DNA of 64,000 nt from the NCBI GenBank assembly GCA_965219455.1, contig OZ244744.1, forward strand, positions 1,920,001 through 1,984,000, in the 5' to 3' direction. The translations under genes and the position numbers were made by a program. The notes under the pieces were generated by a model, which was not told where the DNA came from, did no database searches, and saw only the letters and a program-made list of their open reading frames with translations. Below, in pieces: positions 1 to 9,425 of the stretch (positions are counted from its first letter, which is position 1; every line of letters starts with the position of its first letter). The stretch is from Candidatus Latescibacterota bacterium. Its GTDB lineage: Bacteria > Latescibacterota > UBA2968 > GCA-2709665.

Positions 1-2546
1 GCGCCGCGCTGCAGGAGGTCGCGGTGGCGTTCCAATGTGAGATCGAGAACGGCATCGAGCAAGGCGTGTCCCGGGCACACGAAGGCAGCGGGCGTTTGCC
101 CGTGCGGCGCCAGGTGTGTCTTGTCGAACGCAATGCGTTCGTAGCGCGCAAGCACCGGTTCTCCGACGCCGATCTGCCGGTCGCGGTTGCGCACAGGCGC
201 CGGGACGTGTGTAATTTCGTATCTGCCCGTTTCGCGCCGCCGCACCGAACCCCCCAGGCGACGGATCGCTTCGAGGAAGAACGACTCGATATAATGCGGT
301 TGCAATCGCCGGGCTTCGGCGCGCTCCATTTCCTCCCGTACTCGTGCGACACGAGTGGAATCCATCGCATCTTGCGCGAGGGCCTGTTCCTCAATCAGGG
401 ACTGCAGGTGCGGCTGGTCCACGGCTTCGCTTACCGCCTCGGAGAGTCGCGCGCGCACTTCGGGCTGCTCGCCGTAACGGATCGCCTCGATTAGCAGATC
501 GCGGAGCGGCCGGCCATCGAACTGAAGCCTGCCGAGCACGTCGAAAACCTGGCCGCCGAGCGAGCTTCGGGCCTGCTCGAGCTTGTCCAGCAGGGTGCGG
601 TACACGTCGCCCTCCCGGGTCTCTTCCGCCACCAGGTTCCACAGATGACATACCTCGGTCTGGCCGATGCGGTGGATGCGCCCGAAGCGCTGTTCGATGC
701 GGTTCGGGTTCCACGGCAGGTCGTAGTTCACCATCAGATGGGCGCGCTGAAGGTTGATGCCCTCCCCGGCCGCGTCAGTAGCGAGCAGCACCTGCACCAG
801 CGGATCGTGGAGGAACGACTCCTGGGCCTTGCGGCGATCCTCCCGCCCCATGCTCCCGTGAATCGTGACGATGCCAGAGGGCCGGCCGAGCAGCGTTGCG
901 ATACGCCGTTGGAGGTAGTTGAGGGTGTCCCTGTGCTCGGTGAAAAGGACCAGCTTCTGGCTGGGTGACGGGACGGGCGGCGGGATGGCGCCGCTGCCGT
1001 AGGGTTCGCCCTTTTCGCCACCCCTGGCGCCCAGGCCGGCTGGCGTAAAGATTTCTGCCAGCAGGTTCGAGAGTTCGCGCCACTTCGTGTCTTTGCCGCT
1101 CTTTAGAATCTCCGCGGCAAGGCCCTCAAGCCATTTGAGTGAAGCAATCTCCGCATTGAGTTCCGCGATCGTACTGGCCGCTGTTGCCTCATCCAGCACC
1201 GCGGCCTCTGCGGCTTCGACCTCCTCGTAAGGGGCGTCGTCCAAGTCTTCCACGTCCTCGGCATCGAATAATGGACCGGTCTGCTGGATCGTTTCCGGTT
1301 GCCTGGCGCCGCGTTGCAGCAGGCTCAGTTCGCGAAGGCGGCTTTCCAGGCGCTCGCGCCGCCGCCTCAGCGACTGGTGGATCGCCTCGGGTGATGACGC
1401 GAGGCGCCGTTGCAGGATGGTGAGCGCAAAACCGACGGTGCCCGCGCGGGTGTCGCTTTGCAGCGCCTCGGCGCGATTGAACTCTTCGCGGACGTATTCG
1501 GTCACTTCCCTGTACAGCCGAGCTTCGGCGTCGGTGAGCCTGTATGGCACCGAATACGCGATGCGCTCCGGGAACAGCGGCCGGCCGTCGAACTTTAACA
1601 GGTTTTCCTTCACCATGCGGCGCATCAGATCCGAAACATCCACCTGATGAACGCCATCCCTGAAACGTCCCTCGAAGCGGTCGCCATCCAGCAGGGCGAG
1701 GAAGAGTTGAAAGTCCGCCTCCTTGCCGTTGTGCGGCGTCGCCGTCATCAACAGAAAGTGACGGGTGAGGTTCGACAGGAGTTGCCCCAGGCGGTAGCGT
1801 TTGGTGTACCGCACCTCGCCGCCAAAGAAGGTCGCCGACATTTTGTGCGCTTCGTCGCAGACCACCATATCGTAGCGGCAGTCCGGAGCGCTCAGTTTGG
1901 CCTGGAGGTCCTCGTTGCGGGCGAGTTTGTCCAGCCGGGCGATGGCGAGATCGTTTTCGAGGAACCAATTGCCCGTACGGGCGGCGTCGAGTTTGTCGTT
2001 CGTCAGAATATCGAAAGGGAGGTTGAAACGCCGGTAGAGTTCATCCTGCCATTGCTCGGCGAGGCTGCCGGGACATACCACAAGACACCGCCTGAGATCG
2101 CCGCGTGCGACGAGTTCCTTCATCAACAGTCCGGCCATGATTGTTTTTCCCGCGCCGGGATCGTCCGCCAGCAGGAAGCGAAGAGGCTGGCGAGGCAGCA
2201 TGGCCTCGTACACCGCAGTGATCTGGTGCGGTAGTGGTTCAACAAGCGATGTGTGTACGGCAAGGACGGGATCGAATAGATGGGCCAGACGGATGCGGTA
2301 GGCCTCAGACACGAGACGGAACAGCGCGCCGTCGCCATCGAAACTCCAGGGGCGGCCCTGCTCGACGATTTCGATGCGCGCCTCGTCGTGCCGGTAGAGA
2401 ATCTCCTCGGCGACCCGTCCGGAGGCCGGGCGGTAGATCAGGGTAAGTGCCCCGGAACCGTGCCATTGCACGTTCACAACGGTCACGACACCGTCAGGAA
2501 CGATGCCACGGACCGTCGCGTCGGGTTGGAGATCCTCGAGTTTCAT
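1..2546 (-). CDS. SNF2-family (SF2) helicase, 3' end outside window; resembles helicases of DUF499/DUF1156 restriction-like or DISARM-like systems
   Basis: Absent from the ORF track because it runs off the window. Manual translation from ATG 2546 gives MKLEDLQPDATVRGIVPD..., with LPHQITAVY, LLADDPGAGKT (Walker A), CDEAHK, MTATPHNG and AGEGINLQ...YDLPWNPNRIEQRFGRIHRIGQ. Confidence 0.9.
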   Translation of the reverse strand, partial: MKLEDLQPDATVRGIVPDGVVTVVNVQWHGSGALTLIYRPASGRVAEEILYRHDEARIEIVEQGRPWSFDGDGALFRLVSEAYRIRLAHLFDPVLAVHTSLVEPLPHQITAVYEAMLPRQPLRFLLADDPGAGKTIMAGLLMKELVARGDLRRCLVVCPGSLAEQWQDELYRRFNLPFDILTNDKLDAARTGNWFLENDLAIARLDKLARNEDLQAKLSAPDCRYDMVVCDEAHKMSATFFGGEVRYTKRYRLGQLLSNLTRHFLLMTATPHNGKEADFQLFLALLDGDRFEGRFRDGVHQVDVSDLMRRMVKENLLKFDGRPLFPERIAYSVPYRLTDAEARLYREVTEYVREEFNRAEALQSDTRAGTVGFALTILQRRLASSPEAIHQSLRRRRERLESRLRELSLLQRGARQPETIQQTGPLFDAEDVEDLDDAPYEEVEAAEAAVLDEATAASTIAELNAEIASLKWLEGLAAEILKSGKDTKWRELSNLLAEIFTPAGLGARGGEKGEPYGSGAIPPPVPSPSQKLVLFTEHRDTLNYLQRRIATLLGRPSGIVTIHGSMGREDRRKAQESFLHDPLVQVLLATDAAGEGINLQRAHLMVNYDLPWNPNRIEQRFGRIHRIGQTEVCHLWNLVAEETREGDVYRTLLDKLEQARSSLGGQVFDVLGRLQFDGRPLRDLLIEAIRYGEQPEVRARLSEAVSEAVDQPHLQSLIEEQALAQDAMDSTRVARVREEMERAEARRLQPHYIESFFLEAIRRLGGSVRRRETGRYEITHVPAPVRNRDRQIGVGEPVLARYERIAFDKTHLAPHGQTPAAFVCPGHALLDAVLDLTLERHRDLLQRG

Positions 2547-2656
2547 TGGATATTTGTTTCGTGATTAGGACGGAGAATGGTACAACCCGTCAGTTTCGCT
2601 GGATTGCACAGGCTGCTGCGCGACGCCATAACGCCAAGGCCTTGCGCCATATGTGT

Positions 2657-2847
2657 CGAGGGCAGGATGCCCTCGGTCCCAGGAACGGCGCTTTCGCGTT
2701 CGAGACTCTGGCTGGCATCGCGAACTAAACCTTAAAGGCATACTGCCCCCGTTCAGTACCTGATCCACCAGTATCCGGACCGAGGGCATCCTGCCCTCGA
2801 ATAGCAGGTGACCAATCAATACCCGCATCGTGGGCATCTTCCCCTCG
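2657..2847. repeat. REP array downstream of RAYT (palindrome CGAGGGCAKSMTGCCCTCG, about 48-bp period)
   Basis: Copies at 2657-2675, about 2735-2750 (degenerate), 2781-2799 and 2829-2847. Confidence 0.85.
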
Positions 2848-2863
2848 ACCAGAATTTGATCCA

Positions 2864-3598
2864 TCAATCCCGGGAACACCGATCGTAGCAACTGCTCCAT
2901 TCCCAGTCTTCCGGATTGGTGCACAACCCCGCTTTTACCGGGTTCAAATGGATATAATTTACAATCGCTTCGAAGTGATCGTCGTCGCGAACGAACCGGT
3001 CGAAATAGTCCTCATGCCAGAACTTTCCATTCCGCTCCAGCATCTTGTTCGCCTGTTTGGCCGTGTAAGATTTCCAGGAGTGCGCAATACCGGACAGGGA
3101 GTGATCGTCCAGTGGTATGACCAGTACATGGACATGATTGGGCATGACGACCCACGCATGCAGATTATACAGGACACCATCGAAGTATTGCAGGGAATCG
3201 CGCACAAGGGCAGCGATCTCGGGACGCCGCAACCAGCACGCACCATGGCCCTGATCCAGCGCCTCCTCAATCCGACGACGTTTGTGGTGCTCCGCTTCCG
3301 GCAGTCCCTTCAGTTCGCGCTCCCATTGTTGGAGCAGGTGTTGCGGCAGGCTGTCCCCCAATCTGAAACAGACGTGTTGGGGAACTTCCCCGGCTTCAAA
3401 GTGCGGAAGATGGGTGCGGTGGTATCGGCTCGACGGTGCCACACCGGATGTTGAAGCCTTGGGATTGAGGGTATCTTGCCCTCGGTCAGTAAATGATCCA
3501 CCGGTGTCCGGATCGAGGGCATCCTGCCCTCGAATAGGAGGTGACCGATCAATACCCGCATCAAGAGCATCTTGCCCTCTGCTTGGACTGGACTTCAT
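2864..3598 (-). CDS. rayT: REP-associated tyrosine transposase (RAYT, Y1 HUH family)
   Basis: HLPH, WVVMPNHVH (HUH), WKSYTAK, FWHEDYFDRFVRD, YIHLNPVKAGL and DWEWSS motifs; flanked by REP palindromes. Start uncertain because the N-terminus is translated REP sequence. Confidence 0.9.
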   Translation of the reverse strand: MKSSPSRGQDALDAGIDRSPPIRGQDALDPDTGGSFTDRGQDTLNPKASTSGVAPSSRYHRTHLPHFEAGEVPQHVCFRLGDSLPQHLLQQWERELKGLPEAEHHKRRRIEEALDQGHGACWLRRPEIAALVRDSLQYFDGVLYNLHAWVVMPNHVHVLVIPLDDHSLSGIAHSWKSYTAKQANKMLERNGKFWHEDYFDRFVRDDDHFEAIVNYIHLNPVKAGLCTNPEDWEWSSCYDRCSRD

Positions 3599-3840
3599 AA
3601 ATCCTCAATTACCGCAACTGACGCGTTACATTACATGCGAAACCAGATCGGAGATGGCGGCGCAACACCGGAAAAGGGAGGCTTGGGACCGAAGGCATCC
3701 TGCCCCGCTCAGTACCTGATCCACCAGTATCCGGACCGAGGGCCTACTGCTTCCATTGCATCAGAAACCATATCAGAAATGACGGCGCGAATACCTCGCC
3801 CATTAGCCGTCGAGGGCAGGATGCCCTCGGTCCCAGGGGA
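3466..3840. repeat. REP array at the 5' end and upstream of RAYT
   Basis: Copies at about 3467-3484, 3514-3532, about 3564-3580, about 3690-3708 and 3811-3829. Spacers (TGATCCACCRGTRTCCGGA; AATAGSAGGTGACCRATCAATACCCGCAT) match those of the downstream array. Confidence 0.85.
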
Positions 3841-3885
3841 AACCTTCGTCCCAGAGAACCCCCGGCCCCGTCGACCCCATCGCCG

Positions 3886-4665
3886 CTACGCCCAGGCCTC
3901 GCATCCGTGGAAGGGCATGTTCTTTCCTTCGACGTACTTCGGCCGCGCCGCGTAGAGGTTTCCCACCTCGGGAATCACCGCCCCCCGGCACAGGATAGAC
4001 GGATGCTTTTGCCGTGTCACCCGGGTGCTGGTGGGAATATAGCGAAGCGTGAGCCCCACCCGCCACGTATCCGACGTATTGCTGTTGGAGCCGTGGATGA
4101 TATTGGGGTGGTGGATTGAAATGTCTCCCGCCTTGAGTTCCAGGTCCGCGGCGTCGGCCTCGTCAATCTGATCGGGACGCATCCCGATGCCGAGGACGTA
4201 CTTGTCCGGATCCAGGTCCACCATTTCCGAGCGCTTCAACAGGCGCCGGGTGTGCGACCCCGGCACGACGCGCATACATCCGTTCTCCACGGTGGAGTCG
4301 TTGCCCGCGACCCACAGAGTGGTGACCTCCATCGGCTCCAGGGGCCAGTAGGATCCATCCTGGTGCCACCGCACGGCCTGCCCGGTTTCTGGCTTCTTGG
4401 CGATATAGTGCGCGCCGAACATGGCGACGTTTGGCCCGATGAACTGCGCCGCAATGTCCACCAGCCGGTCGTCGCAGACCAGGCGGTGCATGAACGGATC
4501 GTCCACAAGTAGCTGGTGGTGCAATCGCTCGGGGCGCGTGTCCGGATGCCTTTTGACCAGCCATTGCACGTGCTCGACCGTTTCGGCCGCCAGACCCGCG
4601 TCAATGGCCCCGCGCGCGATGCAGAAGCCCTTCTCATCATATTCCTGCTGCAGATTGGATTTCAT
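3886..4665 (-). CDS. Phytanoyl-CoA dioxygenase (PhyH) family Fe(II)/2-oxoglutarate dioxygenase
   Basis: WHQDGSYW (HxD), ENGCMRVVPGSH, IHGSNSN...R; RBS AGGAG. Confidence 0.9.
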   Translation of the reverse strand: MKSNLQQEYDEKGFCIARGAIDAGLAAETVEHVQWLVKRHPDTRPERLHHQLLVDDPFMHRLVCDDRLVDIAAQFIGPNVAMFGAHYIAKKPETGQAVRWHQDGSYWPLEPMEVTTLWVAGNDSTVENGCMRVVPGSHTRRLLKRSEMVDLDPDKYVLGIGMRPDQIDEADAADLELKAGDISIHHPNIIHGSNSNTSDTWRVGLTLRYIPTSTRVTRQKHPSILCRGAVIPEVGNLYAARPKYVEGKNMPFHGCEAWA

Positions 4666-5027
4666 TTACGTTCTCCTGTTATCATAGTATTTCCCTGAAA
4701 TCGTGACGCGAAGAGTCACCCTGGCGACTCGCCCTGACGTTTAGCTGCGTGTATAGTCACTTCACAATGCTGCCTCGCGGCAGTAAGACCGTCTCCAGGT
4801 CCGGAAGGTTAACCACGACCCTGCCGCCAGCCTTTCGGATTCCCCTACAGATCGAAAACATGCGGGACTCATGTGCCACATGCGACCTACGCCCCAACCA
4901 TGATTAAAATCCCTTATAATGTCAATCGGTATCCTGACACATACCCGCGATCCGCACAGCTCCGCGGATTTCGTTATTCTGCCACCTGACCTCACGCTGG
5001 AAAAAATCAGCCTTCTGCTACGCCGTA

Positions 5028-5053
5028 GAACTTTTCGGTCAATTTCGTCGTCT
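5028..5053 (+). promoter_or_regulatory. Putative ECF (sigmaE-type) autoregulatory promoter GAACTT-N16-GTCT
   Basis: GAACTT at 5028-5033 and GTCT at 5050-5053, about 50 nt before the ECF sigma ATG. Confidence 0.6.
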
Positions 5054-5102
5054 TACAAGCAGACGCGTTAAGAAATCCCCGATTATTTGCACCGGAGGAC
5101 AG

Positions 5103-5693
5103 ATGACGGACGCCGAGTTGATCAGGCGTTTCCACGACGGTGAGTCGCATGCCTTCAATGGTCTGGCAGGGCGCTGGCATCGCAGGCTATACAACTTCAT
5201 CCTGCGACAGGTCGGAGACCGCGAGGATGCGCATGACCTGTGCCAGAAGGTCCTGATCAAAGCCCACCGAAATCTCCGCCGGCTGCAGGATCCCGAAAAG
5301 TTCTCCACCTGGATCTACCAGATCGCGGTCAATACGTGTCGGGACGAGTTGAGGCGGCGGCGGCGTCATCCCACGATCTCGCTGGAAAGCCTGGAACAAG
5401 GAACCGATGGGCGGCCAGACGGGACGGTGAAGGCTTCGGCACGAGCAGATAAGAGGATTCACGAGTACGAACTTCGCGATCTGCTCAACCGGGCGTTGCA
5501 GTGCATTCCCCAGGAACAACGGATTATTGTCGTGATGAAGGAATACCAGCATCTGAAATTCACTGAAATCGCCGCCATCATGAAGTTGCCGGTCAACACC
5601 GTTAAATCCCGGCTTTATTACGGCCTGAACAACCTCAGAAAGCAATTGGATCAATGGAACATCACCCCGGAGACGATCGACTATGAAATGTGA
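5103..5693 (+). CDS. ECF RNA polymerase sigma-70 factor
   Basis: DAHDLCQKV, FSTWIYQIAVN (region 2), EIAAIMKLPVNTVKSRL (region 4.2); RBS GGAGG. Confidence 0.95.
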   Translation: MTDAELIRRFHDGESHAFNGLAGRWHRRLYNFILRQVGDREDAHDLCQKVLIKAHRNLRRLQDPEKFSTWIYQIAVNTCRDELRRRRRHPTISLESLEQGTDGRPDGTVKASARADKRIHEYELRDLLNRALQCIPQEQRIIVVMKEYQHLKFTEIAAIMKLPVNTVKSRLYYGLNNLRKQLDQWNITPETIDYEM

Positions 5694-6393
5694 TCTGCGC
5701 AGAGAGGAACTCATCGGCTATCTATACGACGAAATCGATGCCGAGAAGAAGGCAGGAATTGAATCCCACATCGGGACCTGTCCTTCGTGTACGCAAGTGC
5801 TGGAGGATTTGGGGCGGACGAGGAACATGATGCGTGCCTGGCCGGACGAAGACCCGCCTGCGAGCCTGGTCTTCGTGCCGGAACGACTCCCCTGGTGGAG
5901 AGGCATCATACCCGACTGGCTGTCCACGGGCAATCGGCGATGGCTGGCGCCTGGGCTGTCATTGACGCTGGCCGGAGTCGTCCTGATTCTGACCGCGTTC
6001 AACTTCGAGGCGCGGTACGACGGGCAGGGGGGTGTTTTCGTGAAGCTTCGGCTCCCCATTGGAGCGGAGTCAGAACGGACTGAAGCGGACCGTGAAGCCC
6101 CGGTCACACGGGCAGAGTTGATCCAGGTTCAACAGCAATCACTGGCTATGATCCAGGAACTGATCGAAGAGGGACACCAACAACAACGCCTGGAACTCGG
6201 TCTTATCCTGGACCAGTTCGCCCTGGATCTGGAATCCCAGCGTCGTCGGGATCTGCTGCTGGTAGGCCAGGGCCTGGAGGAGATCGAGGGATCGACGGAG
6301 AGCCGCTTTATGCGGACCGAAGACCTTTTGCATCACCTGTTGGCGGTGACATACGCGCAGGCGGATCCGAACACACGTTCCACCGCTGATTGA
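5683..6393 (+). CDS. Zinc-binding (ZAS/zf-HC2) transmembrane anti-sigma factor
   Basis: HIGTCPSC (HxxxCxxC), one TM segment, overlaps the sigma stop codon. Confidence 0.9.
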   Translation: MKCDLRREELIGYLYDEIDAEKKAGIESHIGTCPSCTQVLEDLGRTRNMMRAWPDEDPPASLVFVPERLPWWRGIIPDWLSTGNRRWLAPGLSLTLAGVVLILTAFNFEARYDGQGGVFVKLRLPIGAESERTEADREAPVTRAELIQVQQQSLAMIQELIEEGHQQQRLELGLILDQFALDLESQRRRDLLLVGQGLEEIEGSTESRFMRTEDLLHHLLAVTYAQADPNTRSTAD

Positions 6394-6414
6394 TTTACAG
6401 AGGGAGAATGAACA

Positions 6415-7494
6415 ATGAAAGCCCATCACATTTTCGCCGTTGTAACGGCCTTCTGCATTTTCAATATGGCTTCTGCCAGTGAAGGCGGAATTGACCGGGA
6501 GCGAATGCAGCAGGATCTGGAAATCATGGAAGGCATCTTGCAAAGCCTCCACGCTCAGACCACGTCCAGCCTGGCCGGTATCCACCGAGAACCACAGATA
6601 CGGGGACTGTACTTCGAAAACTACGGAGTGATATTTCATATTGAAGAAAAACGCTCGTCAGGCATGGTTCGAGATGTCGACGTGAGGAGATTACTTGAAA
6701 AGCGCGTTGGCGTCCAGGAACGGCTGGTGGAGTTCCTGGGAACGTACGCGGATGGGATCCGCCAGTTAAAGGACGAAGACCGAATCACGATCCTGATCCA
6801 TCAACAACCTCGTTCCCGCGCCCTGATAGCGGCTACAGACAAACGACTCCAGGCCGAGTTGTCGAAACAGGTTTACTCAGAGGTGACGGCTAAAAAAAGT
6901 GACATCGTGGCATACCGCCGCGAGCGCATCGCCGAGGCGGAATTCAGGAGACGGATTGTCTCTCGCGACCGCGCGCCGGATGCGTCCATGATGAAAAAGA
7001 TTGGTGTCATGGCCACAATCCTGGACAAGGCGTTGAAGCAGCCCGAACCTCCTGTCCCGAAATTAGACGCGACTCTGGGTATATACCAGAAGGGGTTAGG
7101 GGCGCTCTTCTTTGTGAACGCGAAAAGCGCGAATCGTTTGAAATTACCGTACAGCCTAACGTGGCCGCCGCCGAGTTTAAGGAAGGCTCCCAAGACAGCA
7201 AGGGTTCGCATTCGAGCGGGCAAAGCAGTCAAGGCAGGAAATCCTTTACAGAAGCGGTTCAAGTTCAAGGAAGAGTTGGTTGAGGTCGTGGGAGACTACG
7301 GTTATACCCTGCGCACCCTCAAGCCTGAGGAATACATCGTGGTGGAGGTGCGCTTTCCGCGGAGACCGGGGAGGAGATCGTCCGGAGAGCGGGGGCTATT
7401 GCTGACGGTTAAGAAGAAGAATGTAGATGCGTACAGCCGAGGGGACCTTGACCTGGCAGCGTTTCGCCAGAAGGTGGATATTCGGGAATATTAG
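6415..7494 (+). CDS. Secreted hypothetical protein with an internally duplicated domain
   Basis: Signal-peptide-like N-terminus; repeats GLYFENYGVIF...LVEFLGTY and GIYQKGLGALF...LVEVVGDY. Confidence 0.8.
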   Translation: MKAHHIFAVVTAFCIFNMASASEGGIDRERMQQDLEIMEGILQSLHAQTTSSLAGIHREPQIRGLYFENYGVIFHIEEKRSSGMVRDVDVRRLLEKRVGVQERLVEFLGTYADGIRQLKDEDRITILIHQQPRSRALIAATDKRLQAELSKQVYSEVTAKKSDIVAYRRERIAEAEFRRRIVSRDRAPDASMMKKIGVMATILDKALKQPEPPVPKLDATLGIYQKGLGALFFVNAKSANRLKLPYSLTWPPPSLRKAPKTARVRIRAGKAVKAGNPLQKRFKFKEELVEVVGDYGYTLRTLKPEEYIVVEVRFPRRPGRRSSGERGLLLTVKKKNVDAYSRGDLDLAAFRQKVDIREY

Positions 7495-8082
7495 GGCTGC
7501 CTTCGAATCATCGCCGGCCTGACCACCGATCCGGCCTCGATCCGACGCTGTCTGAAGGGGTCAGAGCTCTCGCGAGGACCCCGCCCAGTGCGCCGCCCGA
7601 GTTTCTTCTAAATGGCACCCTGTGACGGACGTACCAAGGGTTACGCCTTGAATGGCCTCCACGAATAATGGTTTGCTCTCGATGCGTGAGGACAGGGAAC
7701 CAAACCTATTGGGAGACCAACCGGAGTTCGGGCAGTCGATCATAAGATAGCTTGCCCGAACTTGGCGTGCGCAAATTGCCTTGACAGAGACTCCAAAAAG
7801 GGCCCTTATTAAACCTGAACTTGGGGAACCTTCGCCTACCTGTTAGCGTCGGACGGGTAGGAGCACAACAATTGACAATATCTCTCCGTGCGAGGAGCCA
7901 AGCATATCTGTGTTCGTAACTGGATTGGGCGCCCCAGTCGACTTTATCAGTCGGATCTGTGTTTTGTACAGAACAGGAATCTTGACTTGGAGCAACTCAT
8001 TAACACCTTCAACTGAATCGCCCAGTGATTCATGCAGCTCTAACCGCCAACCATCGCACGATCTTCATCTCGCTCACACACA

Positions 8083-8838
8083 ATGAAGAGATACCCCAAG
8101 GCACCAGTATCCGAGGTTATCTTTGGCGTGACCTTTTCGGGGGAACGCCTAACCATAAGGGACCTCTTTGACGCCCAGCAAGCCCTATCGGGCGAATACC
8201 CGAGAGTGGAAATCCGTCCCCCCCTTGTCGACGAAACGATGTCTGGATTCCAAATCACTCAGGAAGTAAATCCCGAGAATATGGGTCCCGTCCTCATTCG
8301 CCTGCGCAGCGACGACGACAATTGGATGTGCCAAATACAGGTGAATAAAGTCTACCTCAACTGGATTCGTCCGGACCATGAACCAGTCGGCAACTATCCT
8401 GGTTACACCGCTATATATCGCAAATTCAGGGTAGCCCTCGATGCACTAAGCCTTTCTTCCGCCGATTTCACGACGGATTCAGTCAAATACTACGACCTCA
8501 GCTATCATGATCGTATCGAGTGGCAAGAGCACATCGCCAGCCTGAGTGATGCCCACAAAATCATGCGCATCAAGCCGCCGGAAATCAAGACTCCATATGG
8601 GCTTAACAATGTGGTCTCACGCTATACCTACAGGTATGATCCTCTGGGCGGATACGGCATTTTTGCGGTGAACACGGCCACTGACGCCAGGGGAAAGCAG
8701 GTCCTTCGGATCGAGAGCATCCTTCGTGGTCTCAACCCACATCAGTCGAGTGACGCCTGGTTTGACAAGGCACACATGGTCCAGTACGATCACTTCAGCA
8801 GGATTTTCACACCGGAGATTCTTGAACAATGGACCTAG
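8083..8838 (+). CDS. TIGR04255-like family protein
   Basis: N-terminal YPKAPVSEVIFGVTF, central YPGY, LSYHDRI and C-terminal WFDKAH...F...FTPE resemble TIGR04255 (from memory); visibly lower GC than the flanks. Confidence 0.7.
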   Translation: MKRYPKAPVSEVIFGVTFSGERLTIRDLFDAQQALSGEYPRVEIRPPLVDETMSGFQITQEVNPENMGPVLIRLRSDDDNWMCQIQVNKVYLNWIRPDHEPVGNYPGYTAIYRKFRVALDALSLSSADFTTDSVKYYDLSYHDRIEWQEHIASLSDAHKIMRIKPPEIKTPYGLNNVVSRYTYRYDPLGGYGIFAVNTATDARGKQVLRIESILRGLNPHQSSDAWFDKAHMVQYDHFSRIFTPEILEQWT

Positions 8839-9425
8839 ACACAGTCCGAGTACCCTACGTGAAAGAGTCGCCATCAGTGTTTAATGATGACGAGGTGCGC
8901 GCATTTAATACACCGGAGGCGACTCCTGTTTCAGGTTTCGGCGAGAAGGTAGGCACCCCCGGCACGTCGGATATTTCCGTTTTTGGCGATGTCAATGACC
9001 TTCGTCATGGCCGGTCAGGCGACTGGAAGGAAACTGGGCTTCGAAATTTCGCCTCTCTCGTGTCCAACAGATTCAGCTATCTCGGGGGGTTGCAGAATCT
9101 CGAATCAGATTGGGTATCGGGAGGCGCGGTCAAGCCATCCTCCTCCGCGATTTTCCTTTCACAGGCATTGCTTGTCTCCATCAGCAAGTGGGTTATCAGT
9201 GAAGAAGTCAGCGTCATTCCGAGGATAGTTATGGGCCCTATCCCAAGTGGAGGAATAATCGTTGAACTTCATGCGGATGACGATAATGCAATCAACGTGA
9301 CAATAACGAACAATGGACGCGTAGACCTGGAAGTGTTATACGGTGGCAGCTATTTCGAAGTAAACTTATCGAGAAACGAGCTGATCGGCATGGTACCCTC
9401 TCAATATGCCTCCATCTCCAGGTAG
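8829..9425 (+). CDS. Hypothetical protein, candidate antitoxin in the TIGR04255 module
   Basis: Overlaps both neighbours; disordered-looking N-terminus followed by LQNLESDWVSGGAVKP...GPIPSGGIIVE. Confidence 0.7.
   Translation: MDLDTVRVPYVKESPSVFNDDEVRAFNTPEATPVSGFGEKVGTPGTSDISVFGDVNDLRHGRSGDWKETGLRNFASLVSNRFSYLGGLQNLESDWVSGGAVKPSSSAIFLSQALLVSISKWVISEEVSVIPRIVMGPIPSGGIIVELHADDDNAINVTITNNGRVDLEVLYGGSYFEVNLSRNELIGMVPSQYASISR

Noticed and set aside
24-2564. Multiple plus-strand ORFs of 60-195 aa
   Set aside because: Antisense to the SNF2 helicase.
2565-2924. 119-aa ORF with EGRMP repeats
   Set aside because: Translation of the REP array.
2657-3840. Regularly spaced palindromes resembling a CRISPR array
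   Set aside because: The repeats are only 19 bp, degenerate and in both orientations. Spacers recur, no cas genes are present, and an adjacent RAYT explains them.
7500-8080. Hairpin GTTCGGGCA...TGCCCGAAC and TTGACA boxes upstream of the TIGR04255-like gene
   Set aside because: No well-spaced -10 box and no recognisable RNA family; too weak to call.
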